DNA of 64,000 bases. Origin: Cycas panzhihuaensis (Eukaryota > Plantae > Cycadophyta). The notes beneath the pieces were generated by a model. The model searched no databases and was not told where the DNA came from. It was given only the letters and a program-made list of their open reading frames with translations. A program made the position numbers and the translations under genes. Below, piece by piece: positions 11,400 through 26,032 of the stretch (its first letter is position 1; each line of letters starts with the position of its first letter). The DNA lies in NCBI GenBank assembly GCA_023213395.1, contig CM041465.1, forward strand, positions 56,737,741 through 56,801,740. Reading direction: 5' to 3'.

Positions 11400-14300
11400 T
11401 TCATTTCAGGTCCTAGCCTGAGGCTTCTTCCATTGAAGAGCCTATTCCTCTTCTCGAGTCACATGTTGTTACTCTTATTTCTTGTATGACTTCCCCTCTC
11501 ACTTCATCTTCCACCTCATCACCTTCCTCGAGTGGTGAGGCAAGAGAACCTCCTGTCGCTTGTCATAAGAGATTACCCTCTAACTCTTCTGAAGAGTCCT
11601 TTGACTATATCGAGTGGTAGGTCAATCACTATGGTCCCACTACTCCTCCTACTCCTCATTCCTCATCCTCTCTGAGTATAACTATCCATGGGGTAGAATG
11701 CTTCGAGAATGATGAGGCCTTATTAGAGCATCTAGTGGGCTCTATGCCCAACCTGCCTCTTGGTCACCATAAACTTGGTTACCAAAAGATTTTAGCCCTT
11801 GGATCACCCTTAACTAACCCAAGTCTACCTAATTCCTCTTCTCCCCTTCCTATTGACCAAGCCCCCCTTTATTTTAAGGAAGGGAATGCCATGTTCATGG
11901 GGGCAACCAAGGACATCATCCTTACTCTTGTCAAAGTCATCAAGGTGGGAGCAGAGTATTTCCCTGAAGAAATAAAGGAATACACCCTTCTTTTTCAGGA
12001 GTTCCATGATGTTTTCACATGGGATTACACTGACATGAAGGGGATAGACCCTTCCATTGTCACCCATAATCTTACTACTATTACTACCCTTCCATACCCC
12101 CTCCATCCTAAACTACCTGCCACCATGAAGATGGAAGTTAAGAAACTCTTAGACGTAGGGTTGATCACCTCCATCGATTACCCCAAGATGGTCTCAAACA
12201 TCATTTCCGTTGCTAAAAAGAACAGAATGATCTGGATATGTGTTGATTTCCATGATATTAACAATGCATGTCCCAAAGACAACTTCCTTCTACCTTTCAT
12301 CGATCGAACCACTGGATTTGAAGTCATGTCCTTAATAGACAGCTTCTCTATGTATAACTAGATCCAGATCTCTCCTAAAGACCATTACAAAATAACCTTC
12401 ACCACTCCTTGGGGTACCTTCGCTTACAAAGCGATGCCCTTTGGGCTAAAAAATGTAGGCATCACTTACTAAAGGATGATGCAATTCATCTTCCATGACC
12501 TCATAAATGAAACCCTTGAGGTCTTCATAGATGACATGATGGGCCTTTCACATAAAAGGACCTAGTATCTTGATGATTTATGCGCAATCTTTACTAGGTA
12601 TCACAAATATTATGTTAGCTTGAATCCTCTTAAATATGTGTTTGTTGTAACAGCCGACAAACTTCTTGGTTTCCTTGTTTTAAAACAAGGAATCCAGATT
12701 AACCCCAATAAAGTCAAGGCCAACCTTGACATGCCTCCTCCTAAGACTCAATGACAAATCAAGTTGTTCTTGGGTAGGTTGGGTTTCCTCAATCATTTCT
12801 TGGCAAACTTTGCCATAAATGCTAAACCCCTCACTAACTTATTGAAGAAGAGGGTCCCATTTGTTTAGTCTCCAAGGACCCATGAAGCTTTCCAAGAGCT
12901 CAAAAGAGCCTTAGCTTCTGCCCCGATCTTGGCATCTCCCCTCTTCAATTGACCTTTTATCCTTTACACATCAGCTACTAATGAATCCTTAGGGGCTATG
13001 CTTGCCCAAGAGAATGATTCAGGAACTGAGAGGGCTATCTATTTCATCAGTTATACCTTAGTTACTGCTGAGCTTAACTATTCCCCTGCCGAGAAGGAAT
13101 GCCTCGCCTTAGTTCATACAACCAAGAAATTTAGGCATTACTTGCTCAGTAACACCACTCAAGTGATTGTCCAATCTGATCCCTTGAGATATCTCTTAAC
13201 CAAATCTGACTTGACTGGTAGGACTGGCAAGTGGGCCATCCTCCTTCAAGAATATGATCTCCAAATCATTAATAGGAAGTCAAAGAAGGGGATGGTGGTC
13301 ACCAAGCAGCTAAATGACGCCCCCATCCCTAATTCTTCAAACATTCCTATTGATGATTCCTTGCTGGACAAGCCTATCCTTTCTGTGTAAGACTTATTCC
13401 CCCTATCCATTGGCTGATAGTAAATGGTATGGGGATATTGTGTGATACCTTACTGAATAGCAGTATCATCCTAATGCTAGTAGTAAGGTAAGCTCATGTG
13501 TTAGGGCCATTACTAGGCAGTACTTCCTCATGGAGGAGGTGTTGTGCAAGAGATCCTTTGATGGGGTCCTCCTTTGTTACGTCAACCCTAATGAGGCAAA
13601 CCAAATACTTCGTAAATGCCACAATGACATTTGTGGAGGCCACTTTAGGGGCCAATCCATGGCCTAGAGGATCCTTCACATGGGTTAGTATTGGCCATCT
13701 CTTTTTAAGGACGTCCATGCCTATGCTTTGTGATGTCGTAGGTGTTAAGAACACGCCAATGTCATCCATTTGCCTTTTGAGGCCCTACATCCTATTATCT
13801 CTCTATGGTCTTTTTTCCCAATGGGGATTAGACCTCATCGAGGCAATAACCCGTCCTTCTTCATTGCAATACAATTTTATCTTAACTACAATAAAGTATT
13901 TCACTAAATGGGCCGAAGCGGTCCCCTTGTCTTCCACTTCTGGTAAGACTATAACTACCTTCATCTACTAATATATTATCTGTCAATTTGGGGTTCCTAA
14001 TATCTTGATCACAGATAATGGTACTCCCTTTTGTAATAAGGAAATTGACGAGCTTATCAGAAGTTTAGGATATCCCACAAAACTTCTTCTCCTTATAACA
14101 TCTCAGGCCAATGGCCAAATCAAGTCCTTCAATAAGACTCTTATAAACATCAACCTCGAAGCTTTAGACAAGAGACGCTTGATCGCATATTAAGTGAATT
14201 TCACCTCTAAAATTAGGGCACAAAGAATGTATGATAAGCATCTTCACCCTTTCCCTTTTCATCCTAGGGACCATGTCCTCAAACTAGAATATCTCCACAA

Positions 14301-14448
14301 TCGCTTGTCTAAATTTAGGTCTAAATGGGTTGGTCCCTTTATCATTCTCGACAATCTTGACAATGGCACCTATAGGATTGCAACTCTAGAGGGTCTCAAG
14401 TTTGAAAAAGCCATCAATGGTAAATTCTTAAAGAAATTCTATGTGTGA
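11400..14448 (+). pseudogene. pol: Tat-B pol: RT, RNase H, integrase (degenerate; ~220 bp deletion in INT near 14150)
   Basis: EFHDVFTWDYTDMKGIDPSIVTH, WICVDFHDINNACPKDNFLLPFID, MPFGLKN, EVFIDDMM, AELNYSPAEKECLALV...FRHYLL, WAILLQEYDL, FSQWGLDLI and KWVGPF...KKFYV*. Confidence 0.92.
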
Positions 14449-15249
14449 CTTTCCCTAGTCCCAAGTAGATTAAGCACACTCCTTTTTCCCTCTTGCTCTG
14501 AAATGAGCCTAAATTACCCCTCTAAGCATGTCCCCATTCCCCCTAACTATAGGTAGGATGGCAGCTTAGAGTGGTCTCTTCTTCATGGTTTTGTTGGTTG
14601 CATATCATCCTTTGTTTCCCTCCCGAGGGAAACCTCTCCCCTCCTAGTTGGATGTGTAAACTTCCTTCACTCCTGAGCCTAGAATCACACCCCAACTAGG
14701 GCCTCTTGCTTGAGTATCTATACTCCCCCTTTGTCATTATTTCCTTTGCATATTTGTTTTGCTTCCTCAGTGGACATGCATAGCTCCCCCTCTCCTAGCC
14801 TCATACGTACCCATCATTGATATGCATGGTAGTCATGTATGCCCGTTGTGAGTGTTGTGTTGCATGAAAGGAAATACGAGTGTCATCTACACATGATTTA
14901 ACAACAAACACCATATATAATAATCAACTAAAACTACCATAATGCATAATCTCTCATGCACCCGTGCACCTATATCCGCATGCATCTATCTCTCCATGCA
15001 TATATATAAACAAATAAACAATACAACAACATCATAAAATCATCACAATACCATCATCATGGAATAAATGGGGTACCAATTGGCCCCCATCTATATATAC
15101 ACAAATCATACCATACAAGGTCATATAGTACATCATCTAGGCATCATGCCTTAGGAAGCTGGAATGCTTGCAGGGAGGAGTATAATCATGTGTCTACATA
15201 TGGTGAAACTCCCTGGACGTCCAATGCTTTCTTGCCCAAAACTAATAAT

Positions 15250-17724
15250 ACATCAAAACTCCTTGATACCCTACCCTTAGGGGGTATCATATCCTCGTCT
15301 GTGAGATCCTATGCCAGGAGACCACATGCCTCCTAGGCTCCTCTGACGTCACTGTGAGCTCCTTGCCTCACTCTCCTTATCTTGAGGCCTCCTCTAGGTC
15401 ATTGTTGTCGTATATGTGTGAGATCTGCTCTGCGATGACCTAGTGGCAATCTGCTCTACCAGCTGATCATATCTCACCCAGATACGATCCCTCTCCCCCT
15501 CTGCTCCTTGGAGCCTCTCCTTTAGCACGATGATCCTGATCTAACTCCCCACATCTCCGCTTGTTGCTCCTCCTTCTTAGGACTCTAATTCCTGGACTTG
15601 GCCTTGTAGGGCATCCCTCTCTGTAGCTATCTAGTCTATCTCTATGCAAAGTCCATCTAGCACACCCTGCAATTGTCCCATCCTTGCCTAATGCCCCTAG
15701 GACTCTATCGCCCACATGTCCCTATTATGATCAATAGGTTGAATATCGTTGTGTGTGTCCCTGCAAATCGAGGCTCCTCGCTAACTAGGATAGGAGGTTG
15801 TCCCTTTGCGTAGACCTGGGGAAATAACTCCCAGACTACTACCTCTAGTAGTCTTGTCATCTCTGTTATGCCTGCTAAACCATGCATACCACGTGTCAGT
15901 CTAATATATATATGTATGAAAGCATCTAAATCAAATCAAAGTAAATTATCTAAGTAACTAGTGATAAAAAAGACATCAAGTTAGGGTAGTGTCTCACCTC
16001 CTAGGATAGTTGGCCCCTCGACTATAATGATCACCTCCTCTACAGGAGGTCTCTCAGTTACTGCCTCAGCCTCCTCTGCCTCTAGCACTATCTCCTTTAC
16101 CTCATGGCATGTTGGAGCACCTCCTGCCTCTACTCCTCCCTCCGTTGTAGCTACTGCCACCTTTGATGCTACCACCATAGCCATGGTAGCTGTTGGAGCT
16201 CTACCCACAACTCTCTCTCTGCCTACAGGCGTATGTGGTGTCCTGCCTCTCCTTTCAGGTAACGATGAGCCTGCCTCACCTCCTGCAACTCCTGATGGGC
16301 CTGCCCCATCGCCTCCATCATCACTTCCACCCTCATTGGGCTCATCTCCTAGCTCCCCTGCTATGTTGTCACTCTTCTAGTGTACCCCTCTATATGGATC
16401 CATCGTGCAATCTACTATAGTGAGTAAATCAAGTGGCGTAGCCTCCACTGACCTCTGTACGTGAGCCTAGTCCTCTATCCCTCCAAACCAAGTCTACCAT
16501 CTATGGACCATAGGCGCCTGCACTGAGATGGGATGTGGTCCTCCTGATGGTGCCACCGCTCTGAAGTGGTCGAAGAACAAGCACTATAATAATGTGCAGT
16601 AGGAGAATCCTCCTCTCCTGCTATCCAAATCTAATCTAGTTATGCCACCAGGTTGGTTAGTATCAAGACAACCCAATCTAGCCTCTCCCTGACCTTACAC
16701 CTCCTGACTATGGCCAACCATCTACCCGATATGTCTCTATAATTCTGTTGCCATGAAATTTGAAATAGAATAGCCAATGTGATAAGTTTCCTCACTCAAG
16801 GAACTCTGGACATCACCATCACCTAGATCGACACACCTAATCATTCCCACCTTCCCTGTCTTGTAAAGAATGTGGCTGCCTCTGTGTGGGCTGCGTCTGT
16901 GCTAAGCAACGTGTCTAATGATGATGGTGTTCCTCCTACCAATACACCCAAAATCCTCCTAACATCGCCTAGTGTGATAGTAATGTCCCCTATCTAGGGA
17001 AGATGGAAAACATGCCTCCGTCGATCCCACTGGGAGATAATATCTACCAGGAGGCACTGGTCTAATGCATATTGGGGCGTCCTAATGATATTTAGGAGCC
17101 TACAATGACTTAGAGTCATCCTATCTCACCTCAACATCATCTCAATGAAGCTGAGCATGGCCATCCTGATATTCTTGCACTTATCCATTGTGATAACTGC
17201 CTACAAACAATCTAGAAGTCAGTCCATAACTCCTCACCTACATGTCATGTTGCCTCTTCGATGCCTCGTGCTCCATCAGAGTAAGCTAAGTCATCCATCG
17301 GGCCTTATTTATTCTTTTTTCCATTATGCATTCTCTGCCCTACTTCAAACTCTATGTTATTGCAGACTTTGACACGAGCCCCACTGAGAATTTCTCGTCT
17401 TCTCAGCAGCCCCGCCACAAATTTCATAATACCATGATCTTTGTCGTGGAGCCATTGTAATCCCCCCTAAAAGGGGGCGGGGGGGGGCTAAAAAACTCTA
17501 AAAACTTACCTGAGTGGTCCAAGGCCTGGCCCATTGGGATCAGGGCTACCTAATACCCTAGTCTTCCCCCTCCCAAGGCCTCATTTGAGCTCTAAGTGGT
17601 CCTGATTTGCCCTTAAGGGGCTAAAACTAAGCCAAAAGACTACAAAAAATCCATGAACTTGAAGTAACGAAATGAAAGGGATAAGGAATGATCCACTTAA
17701 TAGATCGAGTCTGGCTAACACCAT
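15250..17724 (-). pseudogene. Tat-B antisense spliced PMD gene; exons 17724-17701, 17200-15998, 15871-~15250
   Basis: LLVDIISQWDRRRHVFHLP...DITITLGDVRRILGVLVGG. Same exon structure as Tat-A. The intron-1 donor is mutated (TTAAGT). Confidence 0.75.
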
Positions 17725-18441
17725 TTCATCATCCTGATCTTGTAGGCTATCTCCTCACCTTGATCCAATGGTCGAATCTCCCATAAAGTGCTCCCGAAAT
17801 TTAGCAAGGCTCTGTTACGTAGAGCAAAGGGCTCTAGATCGATCGTGGGGCCTATGAAAATGAATTCCATTTTCACCCCCCTTCCTTTGTATATGAGAGG
17901 CTCATGGGGTACACTTCCTCCTTTTCCTTTGTTGTGATAGCCTTCAAGACCATCTTCTTGGCCTTGCCACTTTTGTCTTCAAGGTCCATCCCCTGTTTAC
18001 TTCCATAGCTTCCGTTCTGACCTCTTTTGGCGCATTTATGATGACCCCTTTTATCTCATTTTTTATGTTGCTTCAAAACATACCCATGTTTATACTCCTT
18101 TGACTTGTTTTGGCATCTTAGATCTATTTTTGTCACCTATTCAAACCTTTGAGGCTCCCAAGGGAAGCACTTCCCTCTTTCTGGACCTCCTTTGGCCCTT
18201 TTCACTGACCTTTGGGAGCCCCAAAGGGGCTTTTTCGCTATCGCCTCCCCACCTCTTCATCGAGTTGGTTTCTTCAAGCCTAGTAGCCTCTTCTCAAGAC
18301 TCTCCTATCCTTTTATGGTCTATATTCATAGCATTTGGAGTGATTATAGCCTCATCGCTACATCTTGTCCCTTTCTTCACATTTTGACCTTATCGTCACT
18401 ATGTCACTTACCGTTCAATACAGAACCTATTTTGTTTCACC

Positions 18442-18864
18442 ATGGTACTACTTATCTTCACTGATGGAGGAATTCGTGGTAATCTAGGACCTTCTATCGC
18501 CACATGGATCCTTCATGACCCCTCTGGATATGACTATATGCGTTCTAGAGTCTTTCTCCCTAAGGCCACAAATAACGAAGCTGAATACACAGCTATTATC
18601 GAGGCCCTTACCAATGCACTTCACTTCTACCATGGTCCCATCATCCTCCTTTGTGACTCTTAGATCATCATATTGCAACTTACCTAGATTTACCATGTGC
18701 GCTACCCACATTTGACAACCCTCGCTTCGACCACCAGATCTCTCCTATCTCATTTCTCCTCCATGGATATTCAACATATTCCTTGAGACTTAAGTGTTAA
18801 GGTAGATGGCCTTGTCCGTCGCATCCTCGAGCATCGTCTCTCCCTTCTTGACGATCCTCCCTAG
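18442..18864 (+). pseudogene. Tat-B free-standing aRH, 140 codons with internal stops
   Basis: ACCATGG start. MVLLIFTDGGIRGNLGP...ATNNEAEY...CDS. Same length as the Tat-A copy. Confidence 0.85.
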
Positions 18865-19356
18865 ATAGCCTAGTGGGCTACCTAATCACCCATATTTCAG
18901 GATTGTCCTGTCCTTCATTTTACGATTCATTCGTACCTCTGAAAACTGGCCACTAATGAGGTTAAACTATGGTGACCATCAGGTTTTTTTCTTTACCTTG
19001 CCCTTCATACCACTTATGGTATGAGGCCCTTGCATTATAGTCTCCACATGTATAAAGTTCTCATTCATGTTATCTTATTGATTACACTCACGACTATTAG
19101 CATCACTTGTCTTGCATAGGTGCGATAGGGGCACCCCCCTCATCTACCCTCTCTTTCATCAAATTCTAGGGTGACGCATAGGCAACCCCTATGTCATCTC
19201 ATTTCTGTCCTTGTCCACACGTTCTGCCACGATGCCTGCCACTCCCTTGGATGATGACACTTCTATACTTTGATGCACAATACTAACCTTTATGTTGACA
19301 GCATTCGCCATCACTTTACGCTTTCGAGCAGCAAGGCTCTACTGCCAAGGGGACAG

Positions 19357-22300
19357 TGTTTCTCAGCTCCTGGGAATGGACATGGATGCCATCTCTCAGG
19401 TAAGCACAGGTACATGTCTAGCCTTATCTTTCATTAACTTTAGAATGTAATTGAATGCTCATTAGACTTGTTCTGCATGCTATTGCTTGACTGCATGATT
19501 GTTATGCTTAGCTTGCCTACCTACTTATGCTTGCACCTACTACTTTAGCCTATGACGACTCGGGACAAACATCCCATGGCACCACATGGCTCTCCACCAT
19601 GCCTCCACAACATCTTCAAGTACTCTCAGCTCTCGCAACTTGCTTTTTTAGCATAATATGATCCCTAATGACCCATTTAGGCATGATCACTCTCCTCACT
19701 TGCCACTTGTCTCTCATTAGGGCCTAGTTACCACCTTTTTCTTTCTTATCATGGTCCCACTAATATCTAAAGTCTCTTAGATGCCCTAACAACCCACTAT
19801 TTTGCTCTTTTAGGGCCTAGGATCCCTTTTTTGGGAACCTTCTAGGTTCCCCTTTATTTTTCTGCCTTGTTTTGAGTGCATCGCGACACTATTTGCGGTA
19901 CCACGACAAACTCTATGGTATCGCGAAGTTTGGTGCGATGCAACTATCTACTTATAATTTTTGGCCTGGCAATGGCTAGTTTTGCATTAGTTACAAAATT
20001 AACACGTGGCATTGGGTTGTTTCCCACCTAGGCTGAGCCCTAATCGCTCAATAGGTTAGGGTTGGGTATAGAAACCTAATTTTTAGCTCATTCTCTTCTT
20101 CTTGGCTCACTTTTGGGGAAAAAAAAAAGCTCTCCTTCAACTGCCTCCTGCTTTCCACTCTTGCCTCTTCCATCCTTAAGGAAAAAACCCTAAGCTACAA
20201 GCCTATAGAAGTCTTATCCAGACAAGTCCTCCTCTCAAGTACTCCTTCAAGTCATTTGCATCAAGTTTTCTTTGTAGGTTTCACTCCTCTCTCGCGCCAT
20301 TGAGGGGATCTCTCGTCCATCCTTCAAAGGAGACCCTCTTCTCCCAACCACCTTATGAGGTGAAAACTATTTCAAATTAGTGTTAGTAGGGATTTTTAGG
20401 CCTATGTTTTATTGTCTCTTTCTTTTGGCAATGGCATTTTTTGTATATTATTCTGGTTTTTTATATAAACCCCCTCCATACACTTCTCCTTCGGAAAGAA
20501 AACCCTTCCTCCTCTCGACTTACTCCCTTCATGCCTTGAGGTTTCTCCTGAGTTTCCACTAAGAAGGTTGAGGGAAAATATTATAGAATAGGGAGAAAGG
20601 AGTTTGAGGTTAGGGTTTCGACCCTCTTGGCCATCTCCTCTAGGGCAGCCCCTTATCCTTTGCAACTTTTCTTGCCCTATACCTATCTTGCACACCCAGA
20701 AACCTTAAGGGAAGGGATTCCACTAGTTGTAGCATTAGTAGCTACTTGCATCACTAGCAACCAACCCTCATATGCCACTAAAATCTAAATTTTTTAGCAG
20801 GTCTTTGTAGTTTGTAAATTCCTAGCCTTATCTTACAAATCTTGCAAAAGTTGCATATTGCAACTGTTGCAACATTTATAGCTTTTTCATTTTTTTCAAC
20901 TTTTATTATTCACAAACTATCACTTTTCCTATTGCTTGGAAGCCATAACTTCTTTCTTGACACACTAGTTTAGAACACTTGGGTATGTGGAGGTGCCTTA
21001 CTTAGAGAGCTAGCCATTCTGAGGCTATCTTTCTCTCCCTTTCTACCCCCCTTTCTCCCATGGTTGTTTGAGCAATTCGCATGTATATAAAGCAAAGTTT
21101 AAACTACACATTGTGTTTATTTAAAAGAGCATTTATATAAGATTACACTCTTCTCTTTTAGCAACCATACACATACATATATGAATGCATATTTGCTCTC
21201 ATGTATATCTAACACCTGTGGAAGGGAAAACGAACTTATTGTGCAGGTCTTATTTTTTTTAGAGTAAGCAAGGATTATCATGGAAGGTATAGATATTTCT
21301 TTTATTTTTATTACTTTAATTTGAACTTTCTTTTTTTATTGCAACTCTTTTCTTTTGGTTTCTTTATGCACTAGCTCTTGGGGAAGGTAAGGAAGCCCCG
21401 CCGGTATTTCTCTTACAACACCAACCGCGACAAGGAGCGCTAGGTGGGTGAAAGAAGATCATAAAGAAAGGAGAAAGGTTTGCTTCACCAGTCATCCTAG
21501 TCCCAGGTGTACCTTCTCATACCTTATCTTATTTCTCATCATTCTCCCCCTCTCCCAAAGGAAAAAAGAGAAAAGGAAAGGTTACACATACTTTTTTGCT
21601 TGCGGATTGCTTGATTTACACTCATTAGGGAAAGAAATAAACCCTTTGCACTTGTAGTTATTAACCTCACTAGTGAAATAGTATCCTACTTTTGTTGCAT
21701 TCCCATTCTCTTTTTTTGCATGACTCTTACATCTATTAGAGTAAGGGTACAAAGGGTTGCAATCTCTTCTATCACTACTTTTCTTTCCCATGCACTACCA
21801 AGGTAGTTTGCATTAATTGCTACTCTCTTTTATGCAATTTGTTGTCCTCTTAGTTCCTTTGCTTTTATTGTCATTCGTAAAAAAAAGAGAGAGATGCGAG
21901 AATCAAAAGAGGGTGTTATTATTCTTTTCCTTCTTCTTTTAATTTGTAATAAATCAGTAATAGCAACACTTTATACCATTGCACTACCTATCTAAAGCAA
22001 AACATAAACATACCACATAGTACTTTATTCACCTAGTTGCCTACCTAGTGCATTGAAATCTTAGGAGGACCCTCCTTTAAGTGCCCCTCTAATAAGGCCT
22101 CATCTTGTCTTACCCCCATTTAGGAGTTAGTCCTTCTACCCAACCTCCTCTTTGCATCTTCGTTATTTCGCTACTCCTTTCTTGTCCATAAGAACCCCCT
22201 TCTCCATTAGGGTCATCCTCCCTCTTTTCCCTCCTTCTTGGAAAAAGTGCCTTTTCATCTCATCTCTCCTTCATCTACTAGTCAGGATAGGAGAGTCCCT

Positions 22301-22535
22301 TTTGAGGCTACTCGGCAAACTAAGGGAGCCTCTTACCAATCTCGAATCCGAGAAGGTGCTCATCATAAGGGAAAGTTTGTGTGCCATTTGCAGATCCCTA
22401 AACCTATATTTTAACACATGGATGCCTTTTTTGGGTAATCCTTTCTTTTTCTTCTAAGGATCCTTTAGCCTTAAGATTACTGATTATATAGGTTTGATCC
22501 CCTTACATCTAGTGACCCCTAGAGGTGTGCTTCCA
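19357..22535 (+). repeat. Tat-B 3' LTR (~3.2 kb), preceded by PPT 19347-19356
   Basis: AAGGGGACAG|TGTTTC start. Homologous to 8271-11379. Ends ...GCTTCCA at the junction with Copia RT. Confidence 0.7.
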
Positions 22536-25500
22536 GCCATTTTGGCCATAGGTGCAAAGGTCTCCTCAAAATCCACATCTTCAGTCTATGTATATCCCTT
22601 AATTACGAGTTGAGCTTTATATTTGTCAATGTCATAATTAGATTAATACTTCACCTTATATACCCATCTGCAACTAATAGGTTTCTTTCCTAAAGGAAGC
22701 TCAATAAGATCCCATGGTCATTCCTCAAAATGGAGTCATACTACTCTTTCATAGTTGTCTACTAGTGGGGTGCATCCTTGGATTTAATAAATGACTTAGG
22801 TCCATTAGTGTTTAAAACATTAGATATCAAGGTAAAATTAACCTTGCTTCATGTCTGAACACCTGCACTAGTGTCAATGTCACCAATCTTGGAATCTTTT
22901 ATGGTATGAGTATACCACTTAAGCAATTGTTTATGAGGATAGAGGAAGAAGAAACATTTGCAAGATTTTCTCTCTCTCTTAACTCTTTTCATTAGTCTCA
23001 TATTTCTCTTCCTTGCTTTTAGCATCAACATTTATAATTGGAATAATTCCCTCATCAAATTCATCAAAATGGACATTCCTACTAATTACAATCTTCCTCT
23101 CACAGAGATCTCAAAGTCTACATGCCTTGGTTAACTCACTATACCTGACAAGAATACATTTATGACTTTTGTCATTAAGTTTTTATCTTTCTACATTAGG
23201 TACATGAACAAAAGCAGTACAACCAAAGACTCAAAGATTATAAATAAAAGATTTCCTTCCTGTCCAAGCCTCTTTAGGAGCTATATTTTGAATAACTATA
23301 ATTGGACTTCTATTCAAAACATATATAATTGTATTCATAGCTTCATCGCAAAAACCATTAGAGACATTCCCAGCTTTAAGCATATACCTAGCCATCTCAG
23401 CAATGGTATAATTCTTTCTCTCAACCATACCATTTTGTTGTAGTGTATAGGATGTCATCGGCTACCACCTAATGCCATGATCCTTGCACAAAGTAATAAA
23501 CTCATATGACAAGTATTTTCCTTCATTATCACTACTCAAAATCTTAATCTTCTTCTCAAAGAAGTTTTCTGTTTAGCTTTGAGCTCCTTGAATTTTTCAA
23601 ATACCTTCGAATCCTCTTGGTTAAGTTATCGATGAAGGTCATGAAGTATTTACCTCTTCCAAGTGAGATTGGTGTGATTAGCCCACACAAGTCTGAATGA
23701 ACCAATTCTAATTTGTCTTTAGCCTACCAAGTGGACTTGACAAATTTTTCTTTATGTTGTTTCCCTAAAGCACATTCACTACAGATTTTATTACCTTTTT
23801 GTACAAGAGGGAGAACAAGCACCATTTGGAATTTGTTCAATAACTAAAGATTATGGTAATTTGAATGACCATAGCAGTCATACTATTATGTATCAGATAA
23901 ACTTACAATAAGATTATGCTCAGGTGAGCTAGAGAATTTATACAAACCATTCTCTTTGATTTTTTGAGCTATTACAAAATCTCCATCCTTATTGGTACAT
24001 TTACCAGTGTTAAATAGAACCTTCAAGTTAAGTTTAGCCACACAACTTATAGAGAGCAAGTTATGCTTAAAATAATGTGGATACAACATATTAGAGATCT
24101 TGATTTTGTGACCAAGCTAATTAAGAATAATTGTACCCTAGCTAACTACCTTGTGCTAACTATCATCATGTAGAATAATGGTTTGATTACATTTATCTTT
24201 TGAGTTTATTAAACCACTCTTTATGGAAAGTGATGTGGTTTAAGGTACTTGAATCAATGTACCAAGTACCATTAGTGGTAGAAATAGCACTAAACACAAA
24301 AACCTTTTCATCGTCAACAAATAGAAATGTAGCTTTTCCAACTTTCTTTTCGTCTACTTTCTTCTTCCAACAGTTCTTTTTAAGGTGGCCTTTCTTGTTA
24401 TAATATATGTATATGATATCCTTTTTTGTTTTGCTTTTGGATTCACTTGTGCTATGAAAAAGTGGTGGAGTTTGCTTAAGAGCACCCATTTAAAGCTTCC
24501 TTTTAAATTAAGAAGAAAGTCATGCCACTATAGTTACCTATGTGACCATCCATGCATTGCTCCTTATGCAAGAGAAGCCCATCAAACTCCTAAAAAACAA
24601 GCAATTGAGCTTTCTCAATTAAACATAAACTAGTTACAAATATGTGATAGCATTCATGGAAGCTATTAAGAGCTATAAGTTCCCTATCTTCTACATTTAA
24701 ACCAATTGTAATCAACTGATCTCTAATGTCCTTTAATATTTTCAAGTGTACAAAGATAGACTTATTTACTGATCTTACATGAGTACAATAGGTTTCTCAG
24801 GTAGAAAACTCTAGTTTCATTTTTAGTCTTATGCATATCTTTAAGAGTTTGTCATGCATTTACAAACAAAGCCTTGACTTGAAGATGAGTAATAAGTTTA
24901 TTAGCAACAAAAATTCTAATGATTACCAATACCTCTTTGTCTTGATCTTTCCAATCTTCAACATCTTTAGCTATAACAATAGAGGTCAATAATATAAATA
25001 CAATTGTGGCTTGAGGGGATGCTAGAATTGGTTTCAACTCCTTTCCTTCAACTATTTTCATCAACATTTTAAGTGCTAAAATATTTAAAATTTTAGATTA
25101 CATAGTTCTTTCTATTAAGTTTTTGTGCATCTAGAAAAATATAACGAATAATATTAACACTAGACATGGTAAGAAAAATAGAAAAAAACAAGACAACAAG
25201 CATGAGTTTATAAAGAGACTTAGTGGTTGCAAGGTCATATTGCAATTTTAGACTTATAGAGTGAAAGTACAACTAAAAATATGATGACAGCAATTAAAGT
25301 TTTTAAAAACAAACAACTAATGGTTGAGTTATGGCACTTAGCCCTTTTTCAAAGTCTAAGCCCCCCACACTATGTGATTGATAACTTAGAAAATTTGAGT
25401 GTAGATTCCAAATAGATTTAAAAGCAATTTAATATTGCTAACCATTAAAAAGTGATAAATTAAATAATTTAATAGATTTTCATTGAAATTTTCACAGATT

Positions 25501-26020
25501 TCCAAATTCATAGCTACAAAAAAGTCACCCCTGTACACCCACGAGGCTTCATCAATTAAATAAAGTAATTCTAAAGTGGATTTCTTTAAATGAATGTTGG
25601 AATAGATAAACACCAACTTGGTCTACACATTTGTAATGAAAATCAAAGGAGAAACAAGATATGTTTGATAAATTTTGAGGAAGAAATGGAGTTTAGAGGG
25701 CTATCCACTTCCTTGACATTCTGAAGCAGATTTAGAGTAAAATAAATCATTCAAAGGGCAGAAATTAGTGCCAAATGTTCCTCAAATATATTGGCAACAG
25801 TCCAATAAGTAAGAAATCTACAAAAATAAGCTATTTTGAGTTCCCAATGCTACAAAAAATGCCCCTGCAATGAAAATGATGCACTTCCACTAATAAAAAC
25901 CCTCATGTGTTCACTCACAAGATACAAGAATCAACAATGAAGCTCTGCAGTACAAAATAATATGCCAGTAGATTGAAATGCATGAAGGAACTAGAAAAAT
26001 TCCTATGTAATGAACCATGG

Positions 26021-26032
26021 GCTCTCATACCA
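26021..26032 (-). other. Primer-binding site (initiator tRNA-Met) of Copia-1
   Basis: TGGTATGAGAGC, one mismatch to TGGTATCAGAGC, directly after ...TTTTGACA. Confidence 0.8.

Larger units (their letters stand above)
11380..22535 (+). mobile_element. Tat-B: 3' portion of a second Tat-like element (pol linker-RT-RH-INT, PMD gene, aRH, PPT, LTR)
   Basis: Begins within the PROT-RT linker, which is homologous to Tat-C ~59040-59160. Ends in a TG...CA LTR abutting Copia RT. Confidence 0.85.

Noticed and set aside
8503-11421. Short ORFs inside the long LTRs (also 20380-22457)
   Set aside because: They are not conserved in frame between the two LTR copies and show no domain motifs.
12524-12535. Unusual RT active site FIDD instead of YxDD
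   Set aside because: FIDD is common in plant Gypsy RTs.
2089-22535. Tandem LTR retrotransposon sharing a central LTR (internal-LTR-internal-LTR)
   Set aside because: After the first LTR there is no PBS or gag; the sequence resumes in the middle of pol. The two LTRs are also strongly diverged, so nesting of Tat-A in Tat-B is simpler.
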